From the IMG/VR virus record IMGVR_UViG_3300045988_036440, positions 1-42,198 of that record: a stretch of DNA of 42,198 nt; one strand, given 5' to 3'. How positions within the stretch are numbered: the first letter of the stretch is position 1; the number at the start of each line of letters is the position of its first letter. Shown here in pieces: positions 42,024 to 42,198 of this stretch. The notes under the pieces are model-generated. The model worked only from the letters and a program-made list of their open reading frames with translations. It was not told the DNA's origin and did no database searches. Source of the DNA: a virus. Position numbers and translations under genes: made by a program.

Positions 42024-42198
42024 ATGAAATGTGTCAGATGTCACGTAAACATCCCGGACAAGGCTTTATTTTGCCCGTGGTGCGGAAAGCAGCAGGATGC
42101 AACGTCAGCTCCCGTGCATAGAAAAAAGCGCCGCCGTCCAAAGGGCAGCGGCAGCGTGTACAAGCTGAAAGGGGTCCGGGCAAGGCCCTATGTAGCCG
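42024..42198 (+). CDS. int: Integrase N-terminus with a zinc-ribbon motif. Continues at nt 80 of the window through the 79-nt overlap.
   Basis: RBS AAAGGAG at 42011-42017. ATG at 42024. Translation MKCVRCHVNIPDKALFCPWCGKQQ... runs open to the window end and is in frame with 1..1035. Confidence 0.85.
   Translation, partial: MKCVRCHVNIPDKALFCPWCGKQQDATSAPVHRKKRRRPKGSGSVYKLKGVRARPYVA
42120..42198. repeat. Copy of the terminal direct repeat (equals nt 1-79)
   Basis: Identical string at both ends. Confidence 0.95.

Larger units (their letters stand above)
1..42198. mobile_element. Complete temperate myovirus-type phage/prophage genome, circularly permuted in this window
   Basis: Contains integrase plus attP, repressor switch, replication, packaging, head, contractile tail and lysis modules. 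The two ends are identical. Confidence 0.9.

Noticed and set aside
1-42198. Genome-wide stop-codon reassignment (TAG recoding, as in some gut phages)
   Set aside because: All the long structural and replication genes are uninterrupted in the standard code. Only one in-frame TAG was found, and no suppressor tRNA was seen.
1-42198. A diversity-generating retroelement or retron, given the duplicated fibre tips and structured RNAs
   Set aside because: No reverse-transcriptase-like ORF (YxDD motif) occurs anywhere in the window. The two fibre C-termini are ordinary diverged paralogues, not a template/variable repeat pair with adenine-specific differences.

Overview
The window is one complete, circularly permuted temperate phage or prophage genome. 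Nt 1-79 are identical to nt 42120-42198, so the unique length is about 42,119 bp. Nearly all genes are on the minus strand, with GGAGG-type ribosome binding sites and many ATGA start/stop overlaps.

Layout, left to right:
- Integrase. The gene wraps the window junction: its ATG is at 42024 and its stop at 1035.
- attP carrying the 3' half of a tRNA-Thr(UGU), 1147-1196.
- Small cargo ORFs and a lysis cassette (LL-H-like holin, GH25 endolysin), 1.3-3.7 kb.
- A PBSX-like contractile tail and baseplate module, 3.7-15.3 kb: two receptor-binding fibre genes, XkdP/Q/R/S/T/U-like genes, tape measure, an XkdN-like chaperone with a -1 frameshift site, tube and sheath.
- Head-tail connectors and head genes, 15.3-21.4 kb.
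- Portal, TerL and TerS, 21.4-24.5 kb.
- An antirepressor control region, 24.5-26.2 kb.
- An unusual tRNA-like RNA island, 26.2-26.9 kb.
- Late regulator, DNA-modification genes, RusA, replication and recombination genes, 27.1-34.7 kb.
- A 0.6-kb non-coding array of 14 copies of GCC[T/G/C]TTGC, 34.7-35.3 kb.
- Early genes and the Cro/CI-type switch, 35.3-38.7 kb.
- An AT-rich two-gene moron, 38.8-40.9 kb.
- A second XRE regulator directly upstream of the integrase.

The most interesting items are:
1. The moron: a 2-TM membrane protein plus a DUF4041/T5orf172-type protein. It is a candidate prophage-encoded defence or exclusion system in a split arrangement.
2. The aberrant tRNA-like island.
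3. The iteron-like array next to an unknown protein with a glycine-rich C-terminus.
4. An in-frame TAG inside a Rad52/Sak-type annealase gene.
5. A C5-methyltransferase split at a G6 tract.

The host is probably a high-GC Firmicute (Clostridia-type); this is inference only. All product calls come from motif recognition by eye. Hand-placed non-ORF coordinates may be off by 1-2 nt.
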